A DNA stretch of 64,000 nucleotides from Octopus sinensis. Lineage: Eukaryota. Position 1 is the stretch's first letter; every line of letters starts with the position of its first letter. The DNA is taken from assembly GCF_006345805.1 (NCBI RefSeq), contig NC_043014.1, positions 10,168,001-10,232,000 on the forward strand, read 5' to 3'. The position numbers were made by a program, and so were the translations under genes. Shown here piece after piece: positions 22,991 to 35,690 of this stretch. The notes under the pieces are model-generated. The model searched no databases and was not told where the DNA came from. It saw nothing but the letters and a program-made list of their open reading frames with translations.

Positions 22991-23690
22991 TTCACGCAAA
23001 AAAAACAAAAAACGAAGACGGGTGGTGCAGAAAACAAATAGAAGATATACATGCGAAACATTTCTGTTATATGTTCCACCAAAAATAGCTTTGAGGAACA
23101 TTTCCTTCAGTAGGTTTCAATTTAACCTAAATGTCAAATTCCCAGATATCAGTTGACTTTTACAGAAATAATCGTTATTTAGGTATGTGTGATCTTGTTT
23201 TTCAAACTATAGAAGAATTTACATCTATTCGTCAAGAGATTATGATTCAATAACGTCCTCGGTAGTAACCTTTATCGATGCTAAACCAGTCGCAGACTTT
23301 GAACTATCTATATACTCTAAACTTGATACAGTAAATTAAATGAGTATATAAAGAACGGCCACAAACATTCCAAGGTGAAATAAACAACGTAAATGCTTTA
23401 CTCCTCGCAGAAACTACAGGAGTTACTCAGAGTTACTTCAAGTCCTTTTGAATCCATTTCGTATTAACTGGTACATGAGGGTCGCAAGCGCTTCGCTCCT
23501 AAGCCTGTACGTTTCACCTGCGTCGGTCAGCGAAAAATGAATCAGTCTCCGCTTGCAGAAGGCTTCCATCTGCGGTCACTTGTTGAAACACAACCCACTT
23601 TAGCTAGTTTCAGTTGCCATATATGCCTTCTTGTTGGCATTCTTTAGATGTGTGTTCCAGAACAATCCATTCTATTAGAATATACTCATG

Positions 23691-23872
23691 GGCGTAACTT
23701 CGGTATAGGTACCGGAAGTGTTTTTTATATATATGGTGGGTCAGGGATAGGGTTAGGGTTTGTCTTAGGATTAGGGTTAGGGTTAGAGGTGGGAGAAAAG
23801 GGTTTCTGTTATCTTCAGAAATGTAAACAAAGCCACTTCCGGTACTTACGGTACCTATACCGAAGGATCGCC
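23691..23872. mobile_element. Merlin-type MITE with 8-bp TSD and internal TTAGGG repeats
   Basis: TSD TACTCATG at 23683-23690 and 23873-23880. TIRs GGCGTAACTTCGGTATAGGTACC / GGTACCTATACCGAAGGATCGCC. GG-starting TIRs with an 8-bp TSD fit Merlin. Confidence 0.75.
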
Positions 23873-24310
23873 TACTCATGAATTATTCGACGTCGTGGAA
23901 AAAGTAACCAAGTTAATAAAATTATCCGGTGGAGTGTGGCATAGACGAGCAACTCGGATACATAATAAATCAGTAAAGGAAATGTTTATTACTAAGTAAC
24001 ATTTGTTAGTATCATCATCAACATTTTAAATAAAAACTGGATGAATGTAGATAGACGAATCGAAACGATGGTACAAGTTATGAATATCATAAAGTGTTGA
24101 ACCAAAACTAATTAGAAAATCTCTCGGATAAGTGTTTATACGAGCTTGGGGCACCACTGATCCGCTCATCATATTGAAACAAAGCAAAAGTTAAATCAGT
24201 ATATGTACATTGAATTCGTTGAGAAAGAAAGAAAAGGCTTGTGACAAATACTATTATTCAGACATGTTAAGAAACACTGTTCTGGCATGGTCTCAGACCA
24301 TGAATCTATA

Positions 24311-24360
<50 letters not shown>

Positions 24361-24361
<1 letters not shown>

Positions 24362-24566
24362 TTTAAGAGATAGAAACACCCCCAGGAAACTCAATTATCA
24401 TTGAATGACATTATCCACAATATGTACATGTAGGACTAAATATTTGAAATAAGAATTGAAGATATTAATTTTGACAATTTTAATATTTAGTCCTATATGT
24501 ACCTATTGTGGATAATGTCATTCAATGATGATTGACTTCCTTGAGGGTGATTCTGTCTCTTAAACC
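24361..24566. repeat. Fold-back element (~84-bp inverted arms) embedded in (TA)n
   Basis: 24361-24444 is the reverse complement of 24482-24565, with a few mismatches. Confidence 0.85.
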
Positions 24567-24600
<34 letters not shown>

Positions 24601-24699
24601 ATGCAGTGCGTAATTCATTTTAGTACCGCTAAATTGAACTTCTCTCCCCTGTGGACTCGGAAATAACTTCCCTAATATTACTATTAATTATATATATAT

Positions 24700-25520
24700 A
24701 AGCATGATATAGATTCTTTTATGTGTTGCTTTTAGTTTCAGGTGCTGGGAGCATGCCAGACAGTAATTTGTATGACGTCTGGTATCCTAAGACAGTAATT
24801 TGTATGACGTCTGGTATCCTAAGACAGTAATTTGTATGACGTCTGGTATCCTAGCACAATCACTAAGCACTGCTCACATAGCATTACGAAGCAAAACGAT
24901 AGTATGAGAGAAAAAGAGAGAAAGAAGTTGATATATAAGGTGGAAATTTGAAAAAGTGGAAAAAGAACAAGAAAATAGAAGGAAGCAGAAAGTGGAGAAT
25001 GAGATATAATTCCTCTTAAACCACTCTTAGGGCTAAAAGATGGCTTAGAGCCTGTAGTACAGTTTTCAATCCAGAAGTGGTGGTACTTTCCAGTTGGTCA
25101 ACAGGAACTTAGCCATATGTTTAAAAGCGCTGAATATTTCGTATCTGGAATTCAGCAGTTTGTTAGAGTTCTTTCATGTGGAAAGTATCTGCGTTCTTTC
25201 AGCTATGCATAAATTACATGTTTTTGATCCGTTAAATCAATTTTCCGACTACTTTTTACTCTATCGTATGTGATGTTGTGCTCGATTTTAAATCCCACAC
25301 GTGGCTAACCAACTTAAGTAGCTTTACTTTTGTCCCTGTGTCCGAAAGAAGATATGTGGTTAGCATAGCAATTTTTGAATTCTCCTTCACATTATCCGAC
25401 ATAGCTCTTATTATTGGTACTGCTATTATCTAGTATTGCTGCAATTTCTATCGCATATATGGCAGATTTATTTATACATCCCTGGCCGAGTTGACAGGTA
25501 CTTAGGTCTCAATAAAGATA
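24700..25520 (-). mobile_element. 3' part of a Penelope-like element: GIY-YIG endonuclease pseudogene and 3' region
   Basis: Minus strand: CQLGQGCINKSAIYAIE...KSYVG*CEGEFKNCYANHISSFGHRDKSKAT...CIAERTQIL...LLNSRYEIFSAFKHMAKFLL, matching the Penelope GIY-YIG domain and C-terminus. Confidence 0.85.
24758..24853. repeat. 32-bp perfect tandem repeat x3
   Basis: AGACAGTAATTTGTATGACGTCTGGTATCCTA at 24758, 24790 and 24822. Confidence 0.95.
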
Positions 25521-26093
25521 ACCATTTTCTTTACTATGCTTGTATGAATGGCTAAAAATTATAAGGAATAATATTTCTTATCGGGTAGAATGAATAGTCC
25601 TCCATACCAATGTGACCGTATTCGAGTCAATTTTTTTATATATGTGTACATATGTATGTATGTATGTATGTATTTATGTATGTATGTATGTATGTATGTA
25701 TGTATGTATGTATATATGTATGTATGTATGTATGTGCGTATGTCAATATTCAGTTTTATTTCGAGTTTTCCTGCCATTACAGAAACAGCCGATTTCTAAT
25801 CTAGATCCAAGACTCCTTCATTAAAATTTCAACAATATCAACAGATTATTTTTGTATGTTGTATATGTGGAGATTTGTATGTTTTGTTTTATGTATATAT
25901 TCTCATCCATATAGTTGTATAGCTAGACATGTTCTTATATATTTAAATGATAAACTTCTGGAAAGTTTTACAGATTTTTGCAGTTCCAGTGATGGCTTGG
26001 ATCTGTAGTCTTCGAATCAGCTTTGCCCATTCTAGTTTGGTTTTCAGAAGTCTAATTTTTCACGATTGGTATTTAGGTAGTATTTAGGTATAT

Positions 26094-26514
26094 AAGGCGG
26101 CGAGCTGGCAGAATCGTTAGCACGCCGGACGAAATGCTTAGCGGTATTTCGTCTGCCGCTACATTCTGAGTTCAAATTCCGCCGATGTCGACTTTGCCTT
26201 TCATCCTTTCGGGGTCGATTAAATAAGTACCAGTTACGCAGTGGGGTCGATATAATTGACTTAATCCGTTTCTCTGTCCTTGTTTGTCCTCTCTGTGTTT
26301 AGCCCCTTATGGGTAGTAAAGAAATAGGTATTTCGTCTGCTGCTACGTTCTGAGTTCAAATTCCGCCGAGATCAACTTTGCCTTTCATCCTTTCGGGGTC
26401 GATTAAATAAGTACCAGTTACGCATTGGGGTCGATATAATCGACTTAATCCGTTTGTCTGTCCTTGTTTGTCCCCTCTGTGTGTAACCACTTGTGGGCAG
26501 TAAAGAAATAGGTA
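26094..26514 (+). mobile_element. SINE family B, head plus 2 body units, TSD-flanked
   Basis: TATTTAGGTA on both flanks; junction AAATAGG|TATTTCGTCTG at about 26328. Confidence 0.9.
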
Positions 26515-27056
26515 TTTAGGTAGTGTGTTACATATCCCAGTGATCCAACATTTACAGGTATAACCCTGAACTTGTAATCAGGATAGAGCAATAACAGATT
26601 TCTGTATGTGTATGTATGTGTGTACGTTCATACGTATGTATGTATGCGTTTACTAATGTAACCATGCTTGTGTAAGGCGAGTTTCCACATTGATCTTTTC
26701 TATCAAATTTACTCATAAGTCATCAGTTAACCTTGAGCTGGACTATAAGACGTTTACCCAAGTTGTTACCAAGTGGGACTGAAACCAAAGCCACGTGGTT
26801 GAAAATTGCGCCTTTTACCCATTCAGTCATGTTCATGCCTTTTGAATAATATTCAACACTTTTGTAATCGACGGAGCTTTCTTATGATTTTGAGATTTAT
26901 GGTGAACTTCAGCAGACGTTTACAATACGTCGGATGTTTTCCTGTGACTTTAGTAAATATATAACAATTAAATATGAAATTTTAAACGATATCAAAAAAT
27001 TTAGATATTGAAATTTTGACTGTTGTATGACAATGAAAGACTGTGTAATTGAAATA

Positions 27057-27999
27057 CAGTAATCCCCCCACCATATCGCGGTTCCCCTATCGCGCACTCA
27101 GAACATCGCGGTTCACCTATCACGTACTCAGTACATCGCAGATTTTTCTGGCTAATATATGCCAATTTATATCGCGGACTTCTCAGTATATCGCGAGTTT
27201 CTGCGGCCGATAGTTATTTATATTTTTTAGATTTAAATATTTCTGTGTTAAAATAAACATTTTCACGTCTAAAAACTAATATATCAATAAATAAAAGTAC
27301 ACTGTAGTACTGTACAGTATAACACATTAATTAAGACATATATTAAAAGAAAGTACGTACAAAGAATCACAAATACTGTATGGAAAACGAAGCTCGGTAG
27401 GCGAGTGTGTGGTATTGTTTTGCATTTATGATAAAATAAATATATTCAAATCATAAAAAAAAAATATATACAATACAGTAATGTCTCTTATTTCTTTATT
27501 ACCCACAAGGAGCTGAATATAGAGGGGGAAAATAAGGACAGACAAAGGGATTAAATCGATTACATCGACCCCAGTGCGTAACTGATACTTAATTTATCGA
27601 CCCCGAAAGGATGAAAGGCAAAGTCGACGTCGGCGGAATTTGAACTCAGAACGTAACGGCGGACGAAATACCTATTTCGTTACTACCAGCAAGGGGCTAA
27701 ACACAGAGAGGATAAACAAGGACAGACAAACGGATTAAATCGATTACATTGACCCCAGTGCGTAACTGGTACTTTATTTATCAACCCCGAAAGGATGAAA
27801 GGCAAAGTCAACCTCGGCGAAATTTGAACTCAGAACGCAACGGCAGACGAAATACCGCTAAGCATTCCGCCCGGCGTGCTAAAGTTTCTGCCAGCTTGCC
27901 GCCTTCTATATACAATACAGTATTGTTTCTACTTCGCGGATTTTCCCCTATCGCGGGAGGTCTTGGTACGTAACAGGCGTAATAATCGACGGGTTACTG
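27057..27999. mobile_element. Pogo/Tigger-like (Tc1/mariner) MITE with a nested SINE B
   Basis: TA|CAGTAATCCC ... GGGTTACTG|TA termini, TA TSD, and subterminal ATCGCGG repeats. Confidence 0.75.
27487..27905 (-). mobile_element. SINE family B, head plus 2 body units
   Basis: Reverse complement of the B consensus; junction at about 27670. Confidence 0.9.
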
Positions 28000-28459
28000 T
28001 ATTATAAAGTTTAATGTTGATGATGATAATAATGACGACGATGGAGCAGACTGTTTATTTTCGTGAAATTCGATGGAAGCCATAAATTGAGTCTAGTGAG
28101 ATTAGAGCAGGAAACACGTTATCGGCTTCACAAAAGAATGGAAATAAGTCGTCTTCACTAAATATTCCACATGATTTTACATCGAGACAATAAAATGCCG
28201 AATGCATAGAAGAAGATCAATACATTCGTATCAAGTTACAGACGACATCGCAATGAACCCGTAGAAACTTATGACCGTTAAAATGACCGAAGTTATTATT
28301 TATGACGATGGTAGAAGCACAAGAGACAGCTGCAGAAAAATATGAAATAACATTGTCGTTCGTTAGACGTAAATGTCTGCACGCATTATGATAACTTGTT
28401 GCCATGTGATTGATGTAATATGTGGCTAGGAATACATTACTTACCTCAGTCAAAATTGT

Positions 28460-28493
28460 ATATGTATATTTATAATATATATATATGTATATT

Positions 28494-28560
<67 letters not shown>

Positions 28561-28777
28561 GTATATATATATATTGTGTATATATATGTAGATATATGTG
28601 TATATATGTATATATATATGTGGTATATATATATATGTATATATATGTATACTATAATGTATATATATATATATTTATATACATATATTTATATCCATAT
28701 ATATATATTTAGATACATATATTTATATACATATATATATATATACTTATATACATATATATACATATATATAATAC

Positions 28778-28822
<45 letters not shown>

Positions 28823-28925
28823 TACACATATATATATACATATATATATATTTTTCTCTAGTTTCAGCCCAGGGCTGCGGCCATGCTGATGCACTATATA
28901 TATACTATATATATATATATATATA
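28460..28925. repeat. Long degenerate (TA)n microsatellite
   Basis: Direct reading of the sequence. Confidence 0.95.
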
Positions 28926-29106
28926 ATTTTATCTCATTTATATCGCAATTGTTATATAATAGTGACCTCCATTGTAGATTTACACTCGGCGTAGAAATAT
29001 TTTGTCATAGGTCTTTGTTTAAATAAAAATGGTGATTTTTCCGTTGTTGATAATCACTATCTCTTCACCGATAGACAAGCATATACACAAACGCACGCAA
29101 TCATAA

Positions 29107-29137
<31 letters not shown>

Positions 29138-29499
29138 AACATACATTTATGCCCATATCAAGACGTGATTAAAGGACATACATAAATGCATACATACATG
29201 CGTACACACACATATACATAACATATATGTAGTTTAATGCTTCGTGATGGTAATATCAACGGAAAACGTATTCCAACTAGTGAGAGATGAATATCATTTA
29301 ACAAGCGGTGTATATATTTTTATGACCTCCTAACAGTTTCGTGCGATGACATATAACTCAGATAATATTTTATAACACGTCAGGTATCCTCATACCCGAC
29401 GATTGCATGAAGACAGTACAAGAGTCACAAAATGCTGGCTGAGTGGATTTTTCATCGCACGAATCTATTAGTAGGTCATAAAAATATATACTGCGTTCA

Positions 29500-29502
29500 T
29501 TG

Positions 29503-29535
<33 letters not shown>

Positions 29536-29632
29536 GGATACATATACATATACATATACATACATATATATATATATGTATATACATATAAATATACATG
29601 TATACATATATATACATATGTATATATATATA

Positions 29633-29688
<56 letters not shown>

Positions 29689-29740
29689 ACATATATAATA
29701 TATATATATATATACACATATATATACTTATGTATATATG

Positions 29741-29784
<44 letters not shown>

Positions 29785-29805
29785 CATATACATTCACACA
29801 CACAG

Positions 29806-29846
<41 letters not shown>

Positions 29847-29853
29847 CATATAC

Positions 29854-29891
<38 letters not shown>

Positions 29892-29950
29892 ATATATATA
29901 TAATATATATATATTATATATATATATGTATGTATGTATGTATGTATATA
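29500..29950. repeat. Compound TA/CA microsatellite
   Basis: Direct reading of the sequence. Confidence 0.95.
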
Positions 29951-30141
29951 CATTCATCAATAAGTTATCTCCAATATTACATGCTTGAAAGAGAAGTAGA
30001 GGAACTACCTACATTTTTATTATTATGTTTTAATAGTAATGATGATGCACGAAGAGACAACATCTATATTACACTGTTACTGCTGTTTCTGAATGCGGCC
30101 CTCTTATATACTTATGGGTAAACGAGTACACTGCAACATTG

Positions 30142-30442
30142 TGTCATAACAATATAACCGAAACAAACGCCAGTGACCACACGGAACGTAACGTCATTCT
30201 TTTAAGAGCCAACTATCCAACACTATAACTGAAGCTGTAAACTTTGAACTATCAACACACTAACTGTGGAACTAGCATGAACTTTTCTCTTTATTTGCCT
30301 ATGAAAAGCATACATAAAGGGGAACGAACAAGGACAAATATGACAGCACAAGTGGGAACACAAACATAGACGGCTGAATAATATGAAATTATATAATGAA
30401 GATGTAATGGCTACTACTCGGCCCCACTTCCGAGTCGTAACA
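30142..30442 (-). mobile_element. Possible solo LTR
   Basis: Minus strand TGTTACGAC...GTTATGACA termini over ~300 bp, with an internal AATAAA; no clean TSD. Confidence 0.3.
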
Positions 30443-30563
30443 TTTAAATGTATTTTTATCCGACTTTTACAGAATAGTTATCTAGTAAGTATACAGCTTA
30501 CAGCTTTAGTATTTCAAAATTCACCATAGGTGGCAAATGTTCATATTAATTTATTTCTATTTG

Positions 30564-31015
30564 GGGGCGAGTTGGCAGAATCGTTAGCACACTGGGCGAA
30601 ATGCCTTGCGGTATTTCGTCTGTCGCAACGTTCTGAGTTCAAATTCCGCCGAGGTCGACTTTGCCTTTCATCCTTTCGAGGTCTATAAATTAAGTACCAG
30701 TTACGCACTGGGGTCGATGTAATCAACTTAATATCTATGTCTGTCCTTGTTTATCCCCTCTATGTTTAGCCTCTTGTGGGTAGTAAAGAAATAGATATTT
30801 CGTCTGTCGCTACGTTCTGAGTTCAAATTCCGCCGAGGTTGACTTTGCCTTTCATTCTTTTGGGGGTCGATCAATAAAGTACCAGTTTCGCATTTTTATT
30901 CTTTCGGGGTCGATACATTAACTACCAGTTTCGGACTGATGTCGTGTAATCGACGTAATCCCTTTGTTGTCCTTGTTTGTCCCTTCTATGTTTAGCCCCT
31001 TGTGGGTAGTAAAAA
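30564..31015 (+). mobile_element. SINE family B, head plus 2 body units
   Basis: Junction AAATAGA|TATTTCGTCTG at about 30795. Confidence 0.88.
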
Positions 31016-31290
31016 GAAAATTATTTTTATTCCTAATGGGTCTATTTGATCACCGATGCTGGTTTCTAATTTTTCATAATTTTTTCTATCAATTTGAATA
31101 CACTGTATACCAGGGACTTTAGTTTTATCTTACTCTCTGATTCTAATAACTGTCTTCATCTCTATTTTCTTTTCAATAGCTGCATTTGTCCAGTAATATG
31201 TTTTTAACTTTCGTGTTTCTTATGTGTCTTCCTTTGTGCCTACTTGTGTGTAATCGACTAGTGAATCTGTACTGTCGGAATTTTTTCCTG

Positions 31291-31705
31291 TACTTTTTAC
31301 TCTTTACTCTTTTACTTGTTTCAGTCATTTGACTGCGGCCATGCTGGAGCACCGCCTTTAGTCGAGCAAATCGACCCCGGGACTTATTCTCTGTAAGCCC
31401 AGTACTTATTCTATCGGTCTCTTTTGCCGAACCGCTAAGTTACGGGGACGTAAACACACCAGCATCGGTTGTCAAGAAATGCTAGGGGGACAAACACAGA
31501 CACACAAACACACACACATACATATATATATATACATATATACGACAGGCTTCTTTCAGTTTCCGTCTATCAAATCCACTCACAAGGCATTGGTCGGCCC
31601 GGGGCTATAGCAGAAGACACTTGCCCAAGATGCCACGCAGTGGGACTGAACCCGGAACCATGTTGTTGTTTAGCAAGCTACTTACCACACAGACACTCCT
31701 GCGCC
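31291..31705 (-). mobile_element. SINE family A, full length
   Basis: Near-identical to 415-828. Confidence 0.92.
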
Positions 31706-31952
31706 TGCGTGAAGTGTCTGTGAGAATTTTGTTGGGGTTACTAGCTGGACTGTATGTACCTGTTGGTGTATGCTTGGTTGGGGATTCTGGACTATTTGGT
31801 GTTGCTCATGTTTGTGATTTGCAGTGTGGGCTTTTGAGTTTCCATTTCATAATTTCGTGATCGATGAAATAACTACATGCGTTGCACTCGGGTAAAAGTT
31901 GCGTGCGCCAAGCAAAACGCGGCAGGGGAAATATCTTTAAACATGTGGATGG

Positions 31953-32334
31953 AAGCACTCCGTCGGTTACGACGATGAGGGTTCCGGTTGATCCGAATCA
32001 ACGGAACAGCCTGCTCGTGAAATTAACGTGTAAGTGGCTGAGCACTCCGCAGACACATGTACCCTTAACGTAGTTCTCGGGGATATTCAGCGTGACACAG
32101 AGAGTGACAAGGCCGGCCCTTTGAAATACAGGTACAACAGGAACAGGAAGTAAGAGTGAGAGAAAGTTGTGGTGAAAGAGTACAGCAGGGATCACCACCA
32201 TCCCCTGCCGGAGCCTCGTGGAGCTTTAGGTGTTTTCGCTCAATAAACACTCACAACGCCCGGTCTGGGAATCGAAACCACGATCCTACGACCGCGAGTC
32301 CGCTGCCCTAACCACTGGACCATTGCGCCTCCAC
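31953..32334 (-). mobile_element. SINE family C, tail type 1
   Basis: Full length; imperfect TSD TTTAAACATGTGGA / TTTAAACACGTAGA. Confidence 0.92.
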
Positions 32335-32989
32335 TTTTAAACACGTAGACTTATATAATCTAACTTTTCAACGTCCTTGTAGTAATAGAGAAAGAATAAT
32401 GCTGAGCATGCGCACAAGTACTAAACTATGCAGAATTAGTTTTGAAAATATTGACATATTATTATTAAAGACACTTTGCATAAATCCTGGAAATTTCTCG
32501 AATTTGCTTTTAGTAGTAAACTATTGTGATTCCATAACTCTCAGTGAAAGGATTTTTAAACATGTTCATGGAATTATTTTTCTCTTCTGTACTTCATATA
32601 TAATTCTGCATGGAATTAGGCAAGCTTATGCAATGTTCATGTTTCATGCTATTTTCGTAGTAACTGTATCCATCGATTACAGATGTACGTGTAAGTACGC
32701 TTATCAAATATTTCTTCCAATGCCACCGAGAATGCTATTTTATTTGCATAAAATGGAAAATATTCCAACAACGTCGCTCAAATGACGTTGGCTTCAACTT
32801 CAAAATTCACCCAATGCTTATTCCCCGAGCCCTCCGTCCCTACAAGGATCATTCTCATGTCTCATCACAACACCAAGGAGGAATTATTTCACCTCAACTG
32901 CTCCTGCTTTGTGTAACATCATGCCAAGACTAAAGGAAATAAAAAGATCTCAACATTCCAACGGTTCTTGAATGGATTACTCCAAGTGT

Positions 32990-33220
32990 TAAGCCGACTG
33001 ATAAGGGCCGATTTCCCGGTTTCATGGCGTATATATTCCCAACCTGGACGGAACGCCGGCCCTTCGCAGGGTTATACATGTTTGCCAGTTGAGTGCACAG
33101 AAGCAACGTAAAATGAAATATTTTACACAAGGACACAACGTGCTACCCGGTCCTGGAATTGAAACCACAATCTTACGATCACGCGTCTAACACCCTAACC
33201 ATTTAGTTACGCGCCTCTAC
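32990..33220 (-). mobile_element. SINE family D (GTTGTGTTCTTG core plus type-2 tail), degenerate
   Basis: Aligns with 36140-36380. Confidence 0.65.
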
Positions 33221-33289
33221 AACTTCAGTAAGAGATGAAACCACATCGGTATACCTGCAGATTGGTTCTCTTTATATAACTACCCACTG

Positions 33290-34000
33290 TTCTGAGTGGA
33301 TCCAGATATTGTTGGGGTTCTTTGACAAGTAAAGCTACCTCCTGAAAAACTACTGATCTTTTCCTCAATGGTCTCCAATGTTGGTGTGGAGGCGCAATGG
33401 CCCAGTGGTTTGGGCAGCGGACTCGCGGTCATAGGATCGCGGTTTCGATTCCCAGACCGAGCGTTGTGAGTGTTTATTGAGCGAAAACACCTAAAAGCTC
33501 CACGAGGCTCCGGCAGGGGATGGTGGTGATCCCTGCTGTACTCTTTCACCACAACTTTCTCTCACTCTTACTTCCTGTTTCTGTTGTACCTGTATTTCAA
33601 GGGGCCGGCCTTGTCACTTTCTGTGTCACACTGAATATCCCCGAGAACTACGTTACGGGTGTACGTGTCTGTGGAGTGCTCAGCCACTTACACGTTAATT
33701 TCACGAGCAAGCTGTTCCGTTGATTCGGATCAACCGGAACCCTCGTCGTCGTAACCGACGGAGTGCTTCCACCAATGTTGGTATACTCACTCTCTGTAGG
33801 GGCAAATGGCAGAAGGCACATAATCCAGGATATGATAGATCACTAGAATATCGAAGGCATAATACAACCCGCGAACCGAGCTTTGGTAACCTCGGGAAGA
33901 CAGTTCTCAAGGTTTCTGCTGCTTGTGCAGATGGCAAGTTTGTATTTAAAGCACTAACAAAAGGGAAGCTCAAAGCTTTTGAATTACTATGCCAAAGTTA
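33290..34000 (-). pseudogene. Degenerate HERO/NeSL-like (RLE-type) non-LTR ORF fragment, split by a SINE C
   Basis: After excising the SINE and allowing frameshifts, the frame reads ...IISWIMCLLP...VSIPTLETIEEKISSFFRR*LYLSKN.... This resembles the post-RT segment (ILPRxxWPLxxYEVPxxTVExxERKISSxLRRWLGLP) of HERO-like elements as I recall it. Confidence 0.5.
33386..33771 (+). mobile_element. SINE family C, tail type 1, with 11-bp TSD
   Basis: TSD CCAATGTTGGT at 33375-33385 and 33772-33782. Confidence 0.93.
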
Positions 34001-34518
34001 AGACAGTGTTTTATATAAATTAAAGTTTTCTATCATTTTCATTCTGTTCAACACAAGGGATCTTAATTTCGACAGTTCCAAAATTGTTCATGCTCATGAG
34101 ATGAAATGCGGGAAGTTTTAATGGATGCACTTACCATCAGTAACTGATGCCGTGGGAGACAAACCCTTCATTTCTGCTCTTCGTATCGGTAATTGCACGT
34201 GATTGTTTCTCACGCGTCATTGTCCCTGAGGTTCAGAAACAAATTTCTATTTTCTGTGTATACGTTGCACAAACCAGAATGGAAAGTTTGAAATTGCCCA
34301 TCACTACACAATCTTACAAATATGCAAACCCATACAAGCATACACACACACGAGCAGACACACTTGCCCAAACTGAAATGCATAAATACATATGTACACA
34401 TACATACACACACGCAAACACACACATGACAAAAGTAACATCTCTGTCTCTCTCTCTTTATATATATAATTATAACAATAATTAAGAGTTTAGCAACAAG
34501 TTGATTGACCACATACCG

Positions 34519-34644
34519 AAAATTTTAGAAATAGCAGCTAAAAGATTGCTATTTCTTTTATCTATTGTCTCCACAGATATCTATGGAGACATATTTTGTA
34601 GAAAAAAGAAATAGCAATCTTTCGGCTGCTATTTCTAAATTTTT
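34519..34644. repeat. ~125-nt near-perfect fold-back
   Basis: Outer arms AAATTTTAGAAATAGCAGCTAAAAGATTGCTATTTCTTT / AAAGAAATAGCAATCTTTCGGCTGCTATTTCTAAATTTT; inner stem TGTCTCCA/TGGAGACA. Confidence 0.8.
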
Positions 34645-34766
34645 GTAAAAGTTTTTACCGAATATGGTTCTTTTCCATACCAAAAACTACTTCGTAAAAT
34701 TTTTTAATTTTATTAAATTAATAATGTTTTACCCTATATGTGTAATGATTATATATATATATATAC

Positions 34767-35266
<500 letters not shown>

Positions 35267-35475
35267 CACAGGCATACAAAAGTATACATATATGTAAAGA
35301 GAGAATTTTAGGTGTCGTGCATACAAATCTCTATCCTGAATTGCCTGCGTAAAGTGTAAAAGCGTAGAATCTGTACATACTCTTACATTTATATGTAAAA
35401 ATATATATTCATTTGCATATACGCACACATATACACACATATGTATATAATGGACGCATCTGTATATATATGTAT

Positions 35476-35690
35476 GTGTGTGTTTGTACCCCCACCATCG
35501 CTTGACAACCGATGCCGGCGTGCTTACGTCCCCGTAACCTTAGCTATTCTGCAAAAGATACCGACACAATGACTACTAGGCTTACAAAGAATAAGTCCTG
35601 GGGTCGATTTGTTAGAACTAAAGGCGGTGCTCTAACATGGCCGCAGTCAATTGACTGAAAGAGATAAGAGAATAAACGAATAAAGAATAT
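35476..35690 (+). mobile_element. SINE family A, 3' half
   Basis: CATCGCTTGACAACCGATGC...GGCGGTGCTCTAACATGGCCGCAGTC. Confidence 0.8.

Noticed and set aside
23500-23535. Minus-strand CUGACCGACGCAGGUGAAACGUACAGG resembling a hammerhead
   Set aside because: The core spacing is wrong and helices I and II do not pair.
23740-23790. Telomere or chromosome-fusion remnant
   Set aside because: There are only a few imperfect TTAGGG units, enclosed by TIRs and a TSD, so it is part of a MITE.
24733-24790. Possible exon after TTTCAG (GAGSMPDSNLYDVWYP)
   Set aside because: It lies in the antisense 3' region of the Penelope element and runs into the 32-bp tandem repeat.
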